Source: Acidilobaceae archaeon (lineage in GTDB: Archaea > Thermoproteota > Thermoprotei_A > Sulfolobales > Acidilobaceae). From it: a stretch of DNA of 64,000 nucleotides. The notes below the pieces were generated by a model. The model had not been told where the DNA came from and made no database searches. It worked only from the letters and a program-made list of their open reading frames with translations. The translations under genes and the position numbers were made by a program. The stretch spans positions 11,306-75,305 of the forward strand of contig JAWBBK010000006.1 of NCBI GenBank assembly GCA_038824665.1, in the 5' to 3' direction. Shown piece by piece: positions 48,050-58,111 of this stretch (position 1 is the stretch's first letter; every line of letters starts with the position of its first letter).

Positions 48050-49846
48050 ATGAGTGGTATTTTCGGACTTCTCTGTAAAGAGCCGATAAAAGGTGAGCTA
48101 GTTTACGAATGTCTCAGGAGATTGTTTTACAGAGGAGTTGACGGTTGCGGCGTAGCTTTTGAAGATGACTCTTCTTCTATCGTAATTCGGAAAAAAGCTC
48201 TGAGCATAGATAAGGCTAGAGACTTTTTCAGACTAGATAATGTCTGGACCAAAAGAGCTATAGGCCATGTGCTACACGTTATAAGAGGGATGCCTGTAGA
48301 CGTCAACACTCAGCCTCATCAAGACTGTAGCTTGAACCTCTCAGTAGTCTCTGATGGATTGATAAAGAACTATGAAGAGTTGAAGCTCCTGCTCCAAGAG
48401 AAAAACCACGTGTTTAAAACAACTACTGATGTTGAGGTGCTACCGCATATGCTAGAAGAAGAACTAGAAGCTGGAACAGATTTCTTAGAAGCGTTACGAA
48501 GGATAGCGCTTAAGGCTTATGGAATGTATTCTGCAATATTCATGATAAAAGGAGAGTCTTCGCTGGGGTTTATAGCCAGAGGTCTACCTATAGTCATGGG
48601 AATTAGTAGCAAGTGTTTCTTCCTTTCTAGCGATGTACCGAGCCTCTATGGGGTAGCTGAGGAGGCTATAATCATAGAGGAAGATGTTGTAGGAGCAGTT
48701 ACCCAAGAAGGATTTAGCGTTTTCAGCTTAGATGCATGGAAAGAGCTGAAATCTTTCGTACGCAAAACGCTGAAAAGGACATACGAATATCCAGAAAAAG
48801 GCGGATATCCCCACTTTATGATTAAGGAGATCCGTGAGACTCCAGAAGCATTAAGAAGAACTACATTATCGCTTATGGAGAAATATCTGAGATTGGCCTC
48901 TATGATAATAGTCAACTCAAGAGGGGTCGTGATCACGGGTAGCGGTTCGAGCTATCACGCTGGTCTCTTAGGACAGCACTATTTATCTGAACTAGCCCAA
49001 GTGAGCGCTTCCGTCGTTAACGCTTCTGAGTTCCCTTACTATGCTGTAGGTGGGATATCAACAGGCACTGTAGTCATAGCGATCAGTCAGAGCGGTGAAA
49101 CATCAGATGTAATAAAAAGCATTAGATTAGCTAAGCTAAGAGGCGCTGTAATCATAGGTATAACCAACACATTAGGTTCTAGACTTGTTCTTCACTCCAA
49201 TGTCTACCTTCCTATAGGAGCTGGACCGGAGTTTGTGATACCTGCGACTAAAACGTTCTCGTCAACTGTGGCTTCTCTCCTGATCCTCTCTGCCCATGTG
49301 GGAGCCTACAAAGGTCTTCTTTCCGAAACCGACGTAAAGAGAGTCTATAACGAGATCGAAGTCTTATCCCACGATATAGAGAAAAGTTTAGATGAGATCG
49401 AGGTAACAGCCGAAAGAATAGCGAAAGAGGTTAAAGACTCTCCTCTAATCTATGTGGTGGGAAGCGGAGCTCTCTATCCTATAGCTCTTGAAGGCGTTCT
49501 AAAGCTCAAAGAAGCCTCTCTCACACACGCTGTAGGATTACAACTCGGAGAGCTGAGACACGGTCATATAGCTGTCTTAAAAGAGAGTGTTCCAGTGATT
49601 CTGCTTGAACCTCTAGAGAGAGAGGTCAGAGAACTCTATGAGAACATCCTCGAGGTCTTGAGGATTCGTGGAACTAAAGTAATCGAAGTTGGAAAAAGTG
49701 GAGATCTCTTAGTTCCTTCTTCAGGAAAGCTGACTGCACCTATTGCTTATGCTGTAGCGCTTCAAATGTTTGCCTATAAGCTAGGAGTCATTAAAGGTGT
49801 TTCCATAGACTCGCCTCCAGGACTCGCTAAAGCCGTCACTACTTAA
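48050..49846 (+). CDS. GlmS paralog with degenerate glutaminase domain and conserved SIS isomerase domains
   Basis: MSGIFG (no Cys1), GHVLH, SDG; retains SQSGET, PATKT, ELRHG, PPGLAKAVTT. Confidence 0.88.
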   Translation: MSGIFGLLCKEPIKGELVYECLRRLFYRGVDGCGVAFEDDSSSIVIRKKALSIDKARDFFRLDNVWTKRAIGHVLHVIRGMPVDVNTQPHQDCSLNLSVVSDGLIKNYEELKLLLQEKNHVFKTTTDVEVLPHMLEEELEAGTDFLEALRRIALKAYGMYSAIFMIKGESSLGFIARGLPIVMGISSKCFFLSSDVPSLYGVAEEAIIIEEDVVGAVTQEGFSVFSLDAWKELKSFVRKTLKRTYEYPEKGGYPHFMIKEIRETPEALRRTTLSLMEKYLRLASMIIVNSRGVVITGSGSSYHAGLLGQHYLSELAQVSASVVNASEFPYYAVGGISTGTVVIAISQSGETSDVIKSIRLAKLRGAVIIGITNTLGSRLVLHSNVYLPIGAGPEFVIPATKTFSSTVASLLILSAHVGAYKGLLSETDVKRVYNEIEVLSHDIEKSLDEIEVTAERIAKEVKDSPLIYVVGSGALYPIALEGVLKLKEASLTHAVGLQLGELRHGHIAVLKESVPVILLEPLEREVRELYENILEVLRIRGTKVIEVGKSGDLLVPSSGKLTAPIAYAVALQMFAYKLGVIKGVSIDSPPGLAKAVTT

Positions 49847-49858
49847 GTAGGCGAGTCT

Positions 49859-50548
49859 ATGATGAAGATCTTGGCCGTCAGCGATATACATAGCCCTCTT
49901 TACTTAGCCCTCTTTAGACAGGCTCTCGATCGAGTGAAGAACGAAGACCTCTGTGCTTTCGTGCTAGCCGGAGATATAATTGATAGAGGCAAGGTAGACA
50001 TGGCGATCCCGGTAGTGAAAGAAATTCGACGGATCTGGAGAGAAGCTCCAATAATTGCTGTTTTCGGTAATGAAGAATATATAGATTCAAGACACCTCTT
50101 GATAAAAAACCTTAATGATGTGATCTGGCTTGACGACAGCTACGTTACATTGAAATGTTATGAGAAAAAGATAGGTGTGGTGGGAACTCAAGGAGCTTTA
50201 GATAGACTGACAAAGTGGCAAACCAAAAACTTCCCTCAGCTTTCTGAGATCTATATGAAGAGGTCTAGCTTTATTGAAAATACGGTCAGAACTCTCAGAT
50301 CGATTGTTGATAGAGTTATTGTTGTTTCACACTACGCTCTAGCCAAAGACAATCTTATAGGCGAAAACCCAGCCTTCTGGTCAGAGATGTACTCTAGTAA
50401 AATGGAAGAAGCTATTAGGAGAAGCAGACCAGACGTGGCTATCCACGGACACGCTCACAGAGGAACTAGGTTCACATCGCTAGAAGGCGTTCCTGTCTTC
50501 AACGTGTCTCTGCCTCTGATAAAGAGAATAGAAGTCATAAGCTTGTAG
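49859..50548 (+). CDS. Calcineurin-like metallophosphoesterase
   Basis: SDIH, AGDIIDRG, FGNEE, VSHY, HGHAH. Confidence 0.9.
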   Translation: MMKILAVSDIHSPLYLALFRQALDRVKNEDLCAFVLAGDIIDRGKVDMAIPVVKEIRRIWREAPIIAVFGNEEYIDSRHLLIKNLNDVIWLDDSYVTLKCYEKKIGVVGTQGALDRLTKWQTKNFPQLSEIYMKRSSFIENTVRTLRSIVDRVIVVSHYALAKDNLIGENPAFWSEMYSSKMEEAIRRSRPDVAIHGHAHRGTRFTSLEGVPVFNVSLPLIKRIEVISL

Positions 50549-50759
50549 CCTGAAGTGTGCTCCCACTGTTTAGGAAACAGAATATATTCACAACTGCTTA
50601 AAAAGACCTCTATCCATTATGAAGTAGAAGCGTGGTGATTGGAAATAAAAACAACCAGCTCGAACTCAAGTAACGATATTGTGAACTCTTGCGTTGGGTC
50701 TGAGCAAAGAGCGTTAGAGAAGCTGAAGCTGTCGCGTTAATCTAAGAGGTGTTGTTTTT

Positions 50760-52037
50760 ATGATTGAGTTGGTTGAAAGATATAGAACTCTCTATCTTTT
50801 CGTTGTCTCCTTTGCAATTATCGGCGGTCTTTCTAGCTCTATTCTGGCTCCTTACGTGCGAAACGCTGGTTTCGATGCCGCCCACTACGGACTTTTTGCT
50901 GCGAGTATAGCCATGGGGTCTCTAATAGGAGGCTTTTTAGGAGGCTTTCTCAGCGACTTTATAAATCCTACTAAGCTCGTAGTGCTTTCCGCTCTCTTCT
51001 CTGCTTCGGGATACGTTACGATCTCTATCAACGGCTCAGAGAGTCTAGTAACGGCTGCGCTACTTTTGGGTCTTGCTGGAGGAGTAAGGGGTATCGCCTT
51101 CTTTATGTTAGTATTGACGTTGCAGAGCGAAAAAGAGGGAGGCCTCGAAAAGCCTATAGTAGCTTTTCAGGCTATATCGCTAATCGCTACGAGTGTCGGC
51201 ATGTTCTTAGGATGGGTGCCTGTGATAATATCCTCGCTTACGGAAGCCAACATAGTTTCAGTATATAGAGACGCTTTAGTGTTGTGTGGAGTCGCAGACA
51301 TAGTTTCGGCAACTGCTTTGATGTTCAAATTATCGGGTTCCACGACTCGAGCTACACGTAGAGCAGAAGCTTATGTAGGAGATTTAGACAAGGTCGAGTG
51401 GAACTCCATAGCTAAGCTGGTCGTAGTCGGAGCAGTCATAAGCTTTGGAGCAGGGTTGTCGGTTCATATAATTGACTTTTATTTCACGAAGAAGTTTGGT
51501 TTTGACAGCGGTAGACTAGGAACAGTGATGAGCGTACAGAACTTGCTTATGGGGTTAGGGATGTTAGCTGCTCAGAGCATCTCAAGAGAGTTAGGAAATC
51601 CCCTCAAAACTTACATAGTGATATCTTCTATGAGCGTACCTCTCTTAGTATCTATGACTTTCATAAACTCAGCTCTTCTCTCTTCAATCATATACACTAC
51701 CAGAACGTTATTCGTGAATATAGCAAATCCCCTATATCAGGCTTTCGAGTTGTCGCTAGTCCCAGAGAGATATCGTGGTAGATTTCTAGCCCTCATGAAC
51801 GTAGTTAATGTAGTTCCAGCTGCAGTGGGAAGAGCTGTAGGAGGATGGTTGATGACCTATGATCTAGAGCTACCGCTTAGACTCACTGCCCTTATTTACA
51901 CTATAGCCTTTCTCCTTCTAGCTATATGGTTCCAGAAATCAGCTCCTAGATCGGCAGATCTTCGTAAAATAGGCTCTATTGTAGCTAGAACGCTGATACC
52001 ATTTGTTAGACTTTACTCTAAAACTTTAGGTCTTTAA
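50760..52037 (+). CDS. MFS transporter
   Basis: About 12 TM, GGFLSDFI, LVPERYRGRFLA, RAVGGWL. Confidence 0.87.
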   Translation: MIELVERYRTLYLFVVSFAIIGGLSSSILAPYVRNAGFDAAHYGLFAASIAMGSLIGGFLGGFLSDFINPTKLVVLSALFSASGYVTISINGSESLVTAALLLGLAGGVRGIAFFMLVLTLQSEKEGGLEKPIVAFQAISLIATSVGMFLGWVPVIISSLTEANIVSVYRDALVLCGVADIVSATALMFKLSGSTTRATRRAEAYVGDLDKVEWNSIAKLVVVGAVISFGAGLSVHIIDFYFTKKFGFDSGRLGTVMSVQNLLMGLGMLAAQSISRELGNPLKTYIVISSMSVPLLVSMTFINSALLSSIIYTTRTLFVNIANPLYQAFELSLVPERYRGRFLALMNVVNVVPAAVGRAVGGWLMTYDLELPLRLTALIYTIAFLLLAIWFQKSAPRSADLRKIGSIVARTLIPFVRLYSKTLGL

Positions 52038-52088
52038 CTTCCAGTATTAATAAGGTCTAGAACTTCAATTGAAAAAGGGGATTGAAGT

Positions 52089-52406
52089 ATGAGTGTAACA
52101 TCTTCTAAGCACGGAGTTTACATCAAGATCTCTGAAATCTCTAAAGACGAAGAGTCAGGGCTCTATACAGCTATCCTTAAGCTTTCCTACGAGGATAAAA
52201 GCTATGACATCAAGATCTTGAACCTTATAAGAGCACCTCATAGAGTTCGAGCCAGATTAGAAGAAGAGTATCTTATAGTCTCTCTAGACGATAACGAAGG
52301 AAAGCCTCTATCTACTTGTTGTATCAACATGAAACATATAGAGTGTGGCTGTATGGACTGTAAGAGCTTACTGACACCTCCATGTCCTCGTGAAAGAGAG
52401 AAATAA
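52089..52406 (+). CDS. Hypothetical protein with Cys-rich C-terminus
   Basis: STCCINMKHIECGCMDCKSLLTPPC. Confidence 0.7.
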   Translation: MSVTSSKHGVYIKISEISKDEESGLYTAILKLSYEDKSYDIKILNLIRAPHRVRARLEEEYLIVSLDDNEGKPLSTCCINMKHIECGCMDCKSLLTPPCPREREK

Positions 52407-52462
52407 GACCATAAGTAGAGTTTTACTCTGAAATCGGAAGAGAGATTTGTTGTTCAGAAAGA

Positions 52463-52485
52463 TTTAAACATATAAAATGTTTAAA
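52463..52485. promoter_or_regulatory. Perfect 9-5-9 inverted repeat over the TATA region of the downstream gene (candidate operator)
   Basis: TTTAAACAT-ataaa-ATGTTTAAA. Confidence 0.55.
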
Positions 52486-52536
52486 GTCTTCGTTGCTTAT
52501 ATGATGAAAACCTGATCCACAAGAGGCGAGACCAGC

Positions 52537-53520
52537 ATGGACAAAAAGTTCATCGGGTTGATCTTGATCATTGTGCTAGCTATTGCCTTGATAGCCGGAG
52601 CGGCTTATTATTATCTGAGCAGAGCACCGAAAACAGAGCCCACAACGCCTGAAGCAGAGTTCATCACATTGAGGGTAGGGGTTCTGCCTGTCATAGATGC
52701 TCTTACTTATCACATAGCTTCTGAGGAGGGTCTTGATAGAACGAATAAGATAAAGCTAGAGATCTTGAACTTCAGATCCGCCAAAGAGAGAGACGATGCG
52801 TTTGTGGCTGGACAGCTAGATGTCATCATGACCGACATGATAGGACTTCTAGTGTTAAGAGATAGAGGCTTTAATGTAACTGTGCTACTGTCAGCACAGG
52901 CTACGTTCTATTTAGTTGTCTCTCCAGCACTAGCTGGTCAAATCGAAAAGGTTGAAGATATTTCTGGACGCGTGAGAACCATTGCAATATCTAGAGCCAC
53001 TGTAATAGATTTTGCTCTTTTCAAAATATTAAAAGATCATAATCTAGACCCTAATGCATTTGAAATAGTGGAGATCAGACCTATTGTTGATAGATTCACA
53101 GCTCTAATCGACAACAGAGTTGATGCAGCTGTTCTACCAGAGCCCTGGGCTCCTCTAGCTCAAACCAAAGGAGCAAAGATAGTCTGTTCTGTAACTATGC
53201 CCATAGTGGTCCATGTCATACACTCAGCTAGACTTGACGCTAAAGTAGCGAAGGGTTTCTCTGAAGCTCTCTTAGAAGCATCCAAGCTCTATAAGGAAAA
53301 TCCTGAGCGATACAGATACATTTTAGAAGACAGAACTAGAATAGGGGTTCCCAAAGAGTTTGTAGGTTGGTGGGTTCCGAGGGACTTGCTGAGACCCAAC
53401 TACCTATTCCGAGGAGTAGACTCAGGGCTATTTGAAGAAGTCGCCAGATGGGTCTACGAGAGAGGATATACGAAGAAAATCTATACAGTAGACGAAGTCG
53501 TTTATAGGTGGACGTCCTGA
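52537..53520 (+). CDS. ABC substrate-binding protein, NitT/TauT (SsuA/THI5-like) family, no adjacent permease
   Basis: N-terminal TM, LRVGVLPVIDAL, FRSAKERDDAFVAGQLD, VDAAVLPEP. Confidence 0.85.
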   Translation: MDKKFIGLILIIVLAIALIAGAAYYYLSRAPKTEPTTPEAEFITLRVGVLPVIDALTYHIASEEGLDRTNKIKLEILNFRSAKERDDAFVAGQLDVIMTDMIGLLVLRDRGFNVTVLLSAQATFYLVVSPALAGQIEKVEDISGRVRTIAISRATVIDFALFKILKDHNLDPNAFEIVEIRPIVDRFTALIDNRVDAAVLPEPWAPLAQTKGAKIVCSVTMPIVVHVIHSARLDAKVAKGFSEALLEASKLYKENPERYRYILEDRTRIGVPKEFVGWWVPRDLLRPNYLFRGVDSGLFEEVARWVYERGYTKKIYTVDEVVYRWTS

Positions 53521-53563
53521 ACGTCCTCTATACTTTTCTAGCCTCTATAACTGAAGGAGCGCT

Positions 53564-53851
53564 CTAGGTCTTAGTTTTTAGTGTTCCATTCTTCTCTCTC
53601 TTTTTCTTTGTATTCTCATCTCCCAAAGAAGCGAACCTGCGTAGCACTTCTGCGTCTGGCTCTAGTCTTGGTCTCTGAGTCAATCTCTTAGTCTTAAATG
53701 GTAACGTACATCTCAGGTTCTCACTCAGCTCTTCTAAAGCTATTCCACAAAACGCACAGACGTTAAGAACCGTTCTCTTACTCGAACAAGGATAGGTTTT
53801 TGTAACGCGACCACACACATCACATTTAGCCCACGCTATTATGTTTCTCAC
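53564..53851 (-). CDS. Small Zn-finger protein
   Basis: CDVC...C...CAFC motifs and a basic tail. Confidence 0.6.
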   Translation of the reverse strand: MRNIIAWAKCDVCGRVTKTYPCSSKRTVLNVCAFCGIALEELSENLRCTLPFKTKRLTQRPRLEPDAEVLRRFASLGDENTKKKREKNGTLKTKT

Positions 53852-54517
53852 TTATTGTCTCCCCATGAATTTGCTTAGGAGGTGGGCTAAAGGAGGTAGA
53901 GACCTCGATTGAATCCAAACCCGACCTGGTCCTGAGACCTCTACGACTACTCCTTCACCTCCAAAGAAGGCGGTCTTAAGGCCGCCTAGAAGCTTCACGT
54001 TCCATTTAATCGAGCCGTCCAACGCTACGAAGTGTCCGTTATCTACAGTAACGCTCTCTCCAAAACCTAGCTTGAGCTCTTCTATAGCTCCATAGCTGTT
54101 AAGAAAGACAGTTCCAGTTCCTTCTGCTTTAAGCCACACAAGCTCTCCTTGAGCTACTAGTCCTTTAAAGCCTCTCCATCCAACGCTTAGCTTGATGTCT
54201 CCTGTATGAGCTAAGTAACAATAGTCTTGAATGTAGATCGAGCCTCCGCTCATGTTCACCGCTACTATGTCTCCAGGCACATGAGGAGCTATCCAGACTT
54301 CGCTAGGAGACCTGGCTCTAAACGTGTTCAGAAAGAATGTCTCTCCTCCAAAAAGAGCTCTAGCTATGCCAGACAGAACTCCGCCGCTCGTTGTTGAAAC
54401 CTCGACATCTCCTTTATGAAGAATGTAAGAGCCAGGCTCTACCGTAATGCTCTCTCGGGGTTCTAGTCTAGCTTTAAGTATGGAAAAAGAAGGAGAGTGT
54501 TCCACAACGTACTCCAT
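53852..54517 (-). CDS. AIM24/TIGR00266-family protein
   Basis: RALFGGETFFLN, PGDIV, GTVFLNSYG, VDNGHFVA, FFGGEG, GPGRVWIQSR. Confidence 0.92.
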   Translation of the reverse strand: MEYVVEHSPSFSILKARLEPRESITVEPGSYILHKGDVEVSTTSGGVLSGIARALFGGETFFLNTFRARSPSEVWIAPHVPGDIVAVNMSGGSIYIQDYCYLAHTGDIKLSVGWRGFKGLVAQGELVWLKAEGTGTVFLNSYGAIEELKLGFGESVTVDNGHFVALDGSIKWNVKLLGGLKTAFFGGEGVVVEVSGPGRVWIQSRSLPPLAHLLSKFMGRQ

Positions 54518-54533
54518 ATGAGTCTCCTCAAAG

Positions 54534-55235
54534 TTAGTAGACTCCAAGCCTAAAATCGAACTCATAAGCGCTTCCTGGAGAAAGAACTACAACCTTAGAT
54601 GGGAGACACCTCTCTTCTACGAGCTTTACGAACTCTTCTGGAGCGCCTTCTAGAACAGGAAAGGTCTTGTAGTGCATAGGTATGACTACTTTAGGTCTTA
54701 TCAGCTCCACTGCCTTAGCTGCTTCCAATGGACCCATGGTGAAGTGTCCGCCTATTGGAAGTAATGCTATGTCAGGCTTGTAGAGCTCTCCCACAAGTCT
54801 CATGTTCATAGTGACTCCTGTATCTCCAGCGTGATATACTCTGGCCTCTTGAGCAAGCACTACGACCCCTGCAGGACTTCCGTAGCCGCTGCTATGAAGA
54901 GCTTCTGTAAATACTACTTTAATGTCACCTAGCTTCACAGAACCTCCTATGTTGACGGGGACTACTCGATTCTCTCCAACTCTTCTGGCTATATACATTG
55001 CCAGTTCGTAGATCGCTACCAGCTTCACCTTCTCGTTTAAGGTCATGATCTCTTCGGTATCTCCTAAATGGTCGCTATGAGAGTGCGTTACCAATATGTA
55101 ATCAACGTCTTTAGTTACTTCTTGAACGCTCTTTACAGGAGATATAGGGTTTGTGATCCAAGGGTCGATCAGGAGTTTAACGTAGTCTAGCTCTAAAAGA
55201 AAAGCTGAGTGTCCATAGTAAGTGATCCTGCCCAC
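54534..55235 (-). CDS. UPF0173 metallo-beta-lactamase-fold hydrolase
   Basis: YYGHSAF, IDPW, THSHSDH, HAGDT, LPIGGHFTM, IPMHY. Confidence 0.92.
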   Translation of the reverse strand: MGRITYYGHSAFLLELDYVKLLIDPWITNPISPVKSVQEVTKDVDYILVTHSHSDHLGDTEEIMTLNEKVKLVAIYELAMYIARRVGENRVVPVNIGGSVKLGDIKVVFTEALHSSGYGSPAGVVVLAQEARVYHAGDTGVTMNMRLVGELYKPDIALLPIGGHFTMGPLEAAKAVELIRPKVVIPMHYKTFPVLEGAPEEFVKLVEERCLPSKVVVLSPGSAYEFDFRLGVY

Positions 55236-55296
55236 AGCAAACACCGAGCACAGTTATAGAGCTTCTCGCTTTTATCGGCTGTAAAAGGGGTATTTC

Positions 55297-56199
55297 GTGG
55301 AGCTAGACGTTTCCAAGTTGAAACAAGCCGGTAGCGTAGCTGCTAGCGTAAGGAGGTATGCAGAGAAGTTAGTCAAACCTGGAGCTAAAGCATCACATAT
55401 CTGTGAGGAACTCGAACGCATGATAGTCGAACTCGGAGGATTACCGGCATTTCCTTGTAATATCTCAGTCAATGAGATAGCGGCTCACTACACTCCCAGC
55501 ATAGGAGACGATGTTGTAATAGGGGAGAAAGATCTGGTCAAAATAGATATCGGGGTACATGTAGATGGATACATAGCCGATACTGCAACTACTATAGACC
55601 TCGGAGGAGAGTGCGAAGACCTTATAGAGGCCTCTCAGAGAGCTCTAGAAGTTGCTATATCTGTCATTAAGCCCTACGTTTCTGTCTATGAGATAGGGAA
55701 GGCTATAGAAAACGAGATCAAAAAGAGAGGTTTCAGACCTATAAAAAATCTTTCCGGTCACACCATAGAGAGGTTCGTTCTGCACGCCGGCATTTCTATT
55801 CCTAATCATGCTGATAGGACTCTCTTCGGGATGAGATTGACGCCAGGAACTTTAGTTGCTATAGAGCCTTTCGCAACTAATGGAAGAGGGCTAGTCGTAG
55901 AGAAGAGTACGATCAACATATACTCCTACGTCAGTAAGAAGAAAGTCGCTCTAAGCGATGAGGAAGAGAAGGTTCTAACGGTTGTCGCTAATAGGTATAG
56001 AGCGCTACCTTTTACGCTCAGATGGTTGTTAGACCTAAACATTGAGCCAGCTCGACTCAAGAAAATAGTTGAAAGTCTTTACATCAAAGGGGTTTTGAAA
56101 GGCTATCCTGTCCTAGCGGAAGCAGGAGGAGGTCTGGTGTCTCAAGCTGAACATACAGTTCTAATAGGTGAAGATGACGTTCTAGTCACAACCAAGTAA
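55297..56199 (+). CDS. map: Methionine aminopeptidase type II
   Basis: AFPCNIS, AAHYTP, KIDIGVHVDGYIADTA, NLSGH, AIEPF, SQAEHT. Confidence 0.97.
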   Translation: MELDVSKLKQAGSVAASVRRYAEKLVKPGAKASHICEELERMIVELGGLPAFPCNISVNEIAAHYTPSIGDDVVIGEKDLVKIDIGVHVDGYIADTATTIDLGGECEDLIEASQRALEVAISVIKPYVSVYEIGKAIENEIKKRGFRPIKNLSGHTIERFVLHAGISIPNHADRTLFGMRLTPGTLVAIEPFATNGRGLVVEKSTINIYSYVSKKKVALSDEEEKVLTVVANRYRALPFTLRWLLDLNIEPARLKKIVESLYIKGVLKGYPVLAEAGGGLVSQAEHTVLIGEDDVLVTTK

Positions 56200-56235
56200 A
56201 AAATCCTTCTCTGCTTTCAAGCAGAGGGGGGCTTT

Positions 56236-58050
56236 TTGAAGACCAGACTAGCGGTGATAGATCGAGACCTTTGCAAACCGAAGAAGTGTAGTTACGAATG
56301 TATTAATGTGTGTCCCGTAAACAGAAGTGGAAGAGGTATAGCGATAGAAGCTGATAGAGCTTCTCGTTCTCAGCCCGTAGTCCATGAAGACGTTTGTATA
56401 GGTTGTGGTATATGTGTTAAAGCGTGTCCCTTCAAGGCTTTAGCTATAGTCAACTTGCCTCGCGAACTCGAAGAAAAGCTTGTACACAGATATGGAACAA
56501 ACGGCTTCAAGCTCTACGGGCTTCCCATTCCAAAAGAAGGAATGGTTGTAGGAGTAGTTGGAAGAAACGGAGCCGGTAAGTCTACTGCTGCTCGTATTCT
56601 TTCAGGAGAACTCAAGCCTAACCTGGGAAACGTAAATGTAGAAGCAGACTTCAGTGAAGTCATCAAAAAGTTTAAAGGAACAGAGCTTCAAGCATACTTC
56701 AAGCTTCTCAGCGAGGGTAAAATAAGAGCTTCCTATAAGGTACAGCACGTAGACGTAGTTCCTCGCTACGTCAAGGGCTCAGTAGGAGAACTCTTAAAGA
56801 GAGCCGATGAGAGAGGAGTTCATAAAGAGTTGGCTGAAAGCCTAGGCCTTGTAAAGCTCTGGGATAGAGACGTGAGATATCTGAGCGGAGGAGAGCTTCA
56901 GAAACTAGTTATAGCCGCTGTGGCGTGCAAGGATTCAACTCTCTACGTCTTCGATGAGCCAAGTAGCTTTCTGGATGTCAGAGAGAGGATGAGAGTAGCT
57001 AAGATTATAAGAAGTCTAGCTAAGCCTAACCGTTTTGTGATCGTAATCGAACACGATCTAGCTGTTTTGGACTATGTTAGCGACGTAGTTCATGCGATCT
57101 ACGGAGAGCCAGGCGTATACGGCGTAGTCTCTGAACCCTATGGGGTTAGAGAGGGTATAAACGCATATCTTGATGGATATCTTCCTGCAGAAAACGTTTT
57201 GATTAGAAAAGAGCCAATAAAGTTCAGGTTACATGAAGCCCAAGAGTTAAGAAGAGAGAGAGCTTGGCAGACTAAAGTCGTAGAATGGAGCAAGCTCGAG
57301 ATCTCCCTCAACGGCTTTAGCCTATCGGTAGAGCCTGGAGAAGCTTATGAAGGTGAAGTGATCGGAATAGTCGGACCTAACGGAATAGGTAAAACAACTT
57401 TTGTGAAAACTCTAGCCGGTGAGGTGAAGCCTAAAGTCGGCTCTATATCGTGGAGTTCCAACAAGGAATTCACCGTAAGCTATAAGCCACAGTACGTGAG
57501 TTCTGAGTCCTTTCAAGAAAACACAGTGCTTGAGGTCTTAATGAGGTCTAATCCTGAATCCGTAGCCCCTGGCTCATGGTTATATCTAGAACTAACAAAG
57601 AAGTTAGGTCTCGACAAGCTCATAGACAGAAGCCCTAAAGAGCTCAGCGGTGGAGAGCTTCAGAAATTAGCCATAGCTTCTGCTCTAGCTAAAGAAGCAG
57701 AGGTGTATTTGCTTGACGAGCCTTCTGCCTATCTCGACGTTGAGGAGAGAATAGCTGTATCGAAAGTGATCAGAAGGTTAGCGGAGCTAAGAAAGTCGTT
57801 AGTGTTCGTAGTCGAACACGATGTAATGATAGCCGACTACGTATCTGACGTAATTATGATGTTCTCGGGAGAGCCTGGAGCGAGAGGCGTCGCTAGTCGG
57901 CCTCTTTCAGTAAAGCAGGGAATGAACTCTCTGCTTAAAGAGCTAGAAGTCACGATGAGGAAAGACCCTTCGACAGGAAGGCCTAGGATAAACAAAGAAG
58001 GAAGTTATCTGGATAGGCTTCAAAAATCTCAGAACCAACATTACTGGTGA
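56236..58050 (+). CDS. Ribosome recycling ATPase ABCE1/RLI
   Basis: N-terminal FeS domain CKPKKCSYECINVCP / CIGCGICVKACP, two ABC domains, TMRKDPSTGRPRINK. Confidence 0.97.
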   Translation: MKTRLAVIDRDLCKPKKCSYECINVCPVNRSGRGIAIEADRASRSQPVVHEDVCIGCGICVKACPFKALAIVNLPRELEEKLVHRYGTNGFKLYGLPIPKEGMVVGVVGRNGAGKSTAARILSGELKPNLGNVNVEADFSEVIKKFKGTELQAYFKLLSEGKIRASYKVQHVDVVPRYVKGSVGELLKRADERGVHKELAESLGLVKLWDRDVRYLSGGELQKLVIAAVACKDSTLYVFDEPSSFLDVRERMRVAKIIRSLAKPNRFVIVIEHDLAVLDYVSDVVHAIYGEPGVYGVVSEPYGVREGINAYLDGYLPAENVLIRKEPIKFRLHEAQELRRERAWQTKVVEWSKLEISLNGFSLSVEPGEAYEGEVIGIVGPNGIGKTTFVKTLAGEVKPKVGSISWSSNKEFTVSYKPQYVSSESFQENTVLEVLMRSNPESVAPGSWLYLELTKKLGLDKLIDRSPKELSGGELQKLAIASALAKEAEVYLLDEPSAYLDVEERIAVSKVIRRLAELRKSLVFVVEHDVMIADYVSDVIMMFSGEPGARGVASRPLSVKQGMNSLLKELEVTMRKDPSTGRPRINKEGSYLDRLQKSQNQHYW

Positions 58051-58111
58051 GGCATTAAGCGCGCTTCAGAAATAAAGGCTTTGGAGAGCTTTTGGTCTTT
58101 GGCTGGTAGAC

